Shown here piece after piece: positions 61,960-64,000 of a stretch of DNA of 64,000 bases. Origin of the DNA: Eledone cirrhosa (lineage: Eukaryota); NCBI GenBank assembly GCA_964016885.1, contig OZ024741.1:101308001-101372000 (forward strand). Direction: 5' to 3'. How positions within the stretch are numbered: the first letter of the stretch is position 1; every line of letters starts with the position of its first letter. The translations under genes and the position numbers were made by a program. The notes below the pieces were generated by a model. It was given only the letters and a program-made list of their open reading frames with translations. It did not search any database and was not told the DNA's origin.

Positions 61960-64000
61960 CTCCCTCCCGCCCCCACGCACCACCATTATTACGTGGACCA
62001 ATCATAAGTCAGAGGCCTATACTATCGCTTACCTGGTTGCCTTTCGATATGACTACGGAATTCTGGAGAGTTGAAGAGAGAAAAATCTGGACGCTCAGTG
62101 ACAATGCCAAAGACAAAGTCACCTCGTGGACGAGAATGCAAGCACTCCTCCTTGTTTCGGCCACGGATGGCTAACATAACCCCCCCCCCCCCCCCCCCCT
62201 CCCACCGCCCCCACCCTCCAAACGCAATCCAAAACTTCAGAGTTGGTACCATGAATGTAGGCACCTTAAAGGGTCGTTCTAACGAGGTTGTAGAAATGCT
62301 TGAACGTAAGGAGGTTGATGTTTGTTGTATTCAACAGACCAGGTGGAGGGGAGGGTCTGCTAGATTCATCGTGGGTAAAGAACGATGCTATAAGCTTTTC
62401 TGGGTGGGAAATGACAATGGGCTGGGTGGAGTAGGAATCATGGTAGCAGAAAAGTGGGCAGATAAGATAATAGACGTAAATAGAGTGAACGACAGAATAA
62501 TTAAAATAAGACTTGTCCTCAATAGAACTACGGTGACAGTAATATCTGCGTACGCACCCCAATCCGGACTGTCCGGCACTATAAAAGACAGATTCTATGA
62601 GACACTGATGCTCGTCACCTCCCAAATAACCGACAGTGACTATATAATTATTGTAGGTGACCTAAATGGTCACGTTGGACAACATTGTGACGGCTATGAC
62701 GGAATCCATGGAGGCTATGGTTTCGGTACTAGAAATGAGGAAGGCTCCAGAATCCTGGAATTCTGTGACGCAAATAACCTAACTATCTGTAACACTAACT
62801 TCAAAAACGAGACAATCACTTGATCACCTATAGATCGGGGGAACACACAAGCTAGGTAGATTATATCCTTACCAGAAGACGTGACAGAGTGTCTGTTGTA
62901 AACACTAAATCCCTCCCCCATGAAGAATGCACCTCCCAACATAGACTGATAATTAGCGACCTCATAGTCAGGACGAGACGTACTAGACAGCAGAAGAGGA
63001 CTATCCTCAGGAGAAAAATATGGAAGCTAAAGGACCCCACAACCAGAAATAAATTTCAAAGCATATTACTTGATGCTTTCGACAGTAAGGAAGAGCAATT
63101 AGAGTCGTATAATATAGAGGAACAGTGGGAATTCCTGAAAGCAAACCTGCTGACGGCGGCAGACAAAGTCTGTGGCTGGAGCAGGCCTGTAGGTAGGAGG
63201 AGAGTAATATGGTGTTGGAACAGTAAGGTGGAGGAGTCAATTAAGGCCAAAAAGCAGGGCTTGGAAAGTATGGCGGGATGGGGGAAGTAGAGAAGACTAT
63301 CAAGTGGCTAGGAGACCAGTGTACTTCGCAAGAAGGGAAGCAGAGGAAAGAAAGTTCAAGCATGTTCTACAACATGAGGACCAAAAACGTGAGGTGTTCA
63401 GGATTGCTAGGCAATGTGTCAAGGGAAACTGTGATATTGTCCGGGAGAAGTGTGTACTTAACGATGATGGCGTACTTGCCATCACTGACGCTGATAAGAA
63501 GGTAGCTTGGAAGTGTCACTACGAAAGGCTGCTAAATGAGGAGAATAAATGGGAGAAAGACAGTCTCCCCCACATCGACCCAATAGAGGGACCAGCAGTG
63601 TTAGTCGAAGGTAATATAATAAGTAAGGCAATCAAAGATATGAAGACGGGTAAGGCGGCTGGGCCTTCGGAAATAGTTGCTGAGATGCTGAAAGCCTCTG
63701 GAACGGTGGGACACACCATGGTCACCCGGATAGTAAACCAAGTCATACAGAATGGGGTTGTTCCGAAGGACTGGCGTAGCAGCATCATCATTAACTGTTA
63801 TAAGGGTAAAGGAGATGCCCTAGATAGGAGTAACTATAGAGGCATTAAATTAATTGACCAGGTCATGAAGGTCACGGGAAAAGTAATAGCACAACTAATC
63901 AGAGAGAGAATTGATCTAGATGAAATGCAGTTCGGGTTTGTGTCAGGCAAAAGTACCACAGACGCTCTTTTCGTTGTACGACAACTACAGGAGAAGTACC
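61960..64000 (+). mobile_element. RTE-clade LINE: 5' UTR, APE and RT N-terminus; disrupted; continues beyond the window
   Basis: APE GTMNVGTL...CIQQTRW...SAYAPQSG...GDLNGHVG. RT MKTGKAAGPSEI...YKGKGDALDRSNYRGIKLIDQVMKV...MQFGFVSGKSTTDALF. Frameshifts and stops near 62810-62860 and 63255-63320. Confidence 0.95.

Noticed and set aside
62100-62180. HDV-like ribozyme in the RTE 5' UTR (cacctcgtgg, ggctaa)
   Set aside because: Could not build P1, P1.1 and P2 pairings by eye.
62071-62823. 250-aa ORF as a host gene (often mis-annotated as craniofacial development protein 2-like)
   Set aside because: It is the APE domain of a frameshifted RTE LINE and is followed by RT.

Overview
AT-rich, repeat-dense metazoan genomic DNA. 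The tRNA-derived SINEs, RTE tails and microsatellites resemble those I recall from octopus/coleoid cephalopods, which is an inference and was not searched. There are two recognisable genes, both on the minus strand. The first is coding exon 1 of mitochondrial Endonuclease G (ENDOG, 638-1165; the gene continues off the left edge). The second is a complete 14-exon NOP53/GLTSCR2 gene (27582 to 5209, 430 aa by my exon assembly), whose intron 10 is a U12-type (minor spliceosome) intron. Positions 31163-55505 are a near-identical 12.2-kb head-to-tail tandem duplication with a 4-bp (ATCA) junction microhomology. Each unit holds a CpG-rich promoter-like island, a non-autonomous Helitron, a cluster of CRE-clade LINE relics (one with a 5' inversion), a deleted Gypsy relic, a MITE and SINEs. 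A disrupted RTE LINE runs off the right edge. Most notable: (1) a ~247-bp palindrome in NOP53 intron 1 carrying a Penelope-type minimal hammerhead ribozyme on each strand, plus other hammerhead relics and perfect foldbacks, mostly beside (TA)n; (2) a 15-bp motif shared upstream of ENDOG and NOP53; (3) a uORF whose stop overlaps the ENDOG AUG; (4) a degenerate MTR4-binding AIM motif in a 35-nt NOP53 exon. All coordinates were read by eye; repeat boundaries are approximate.
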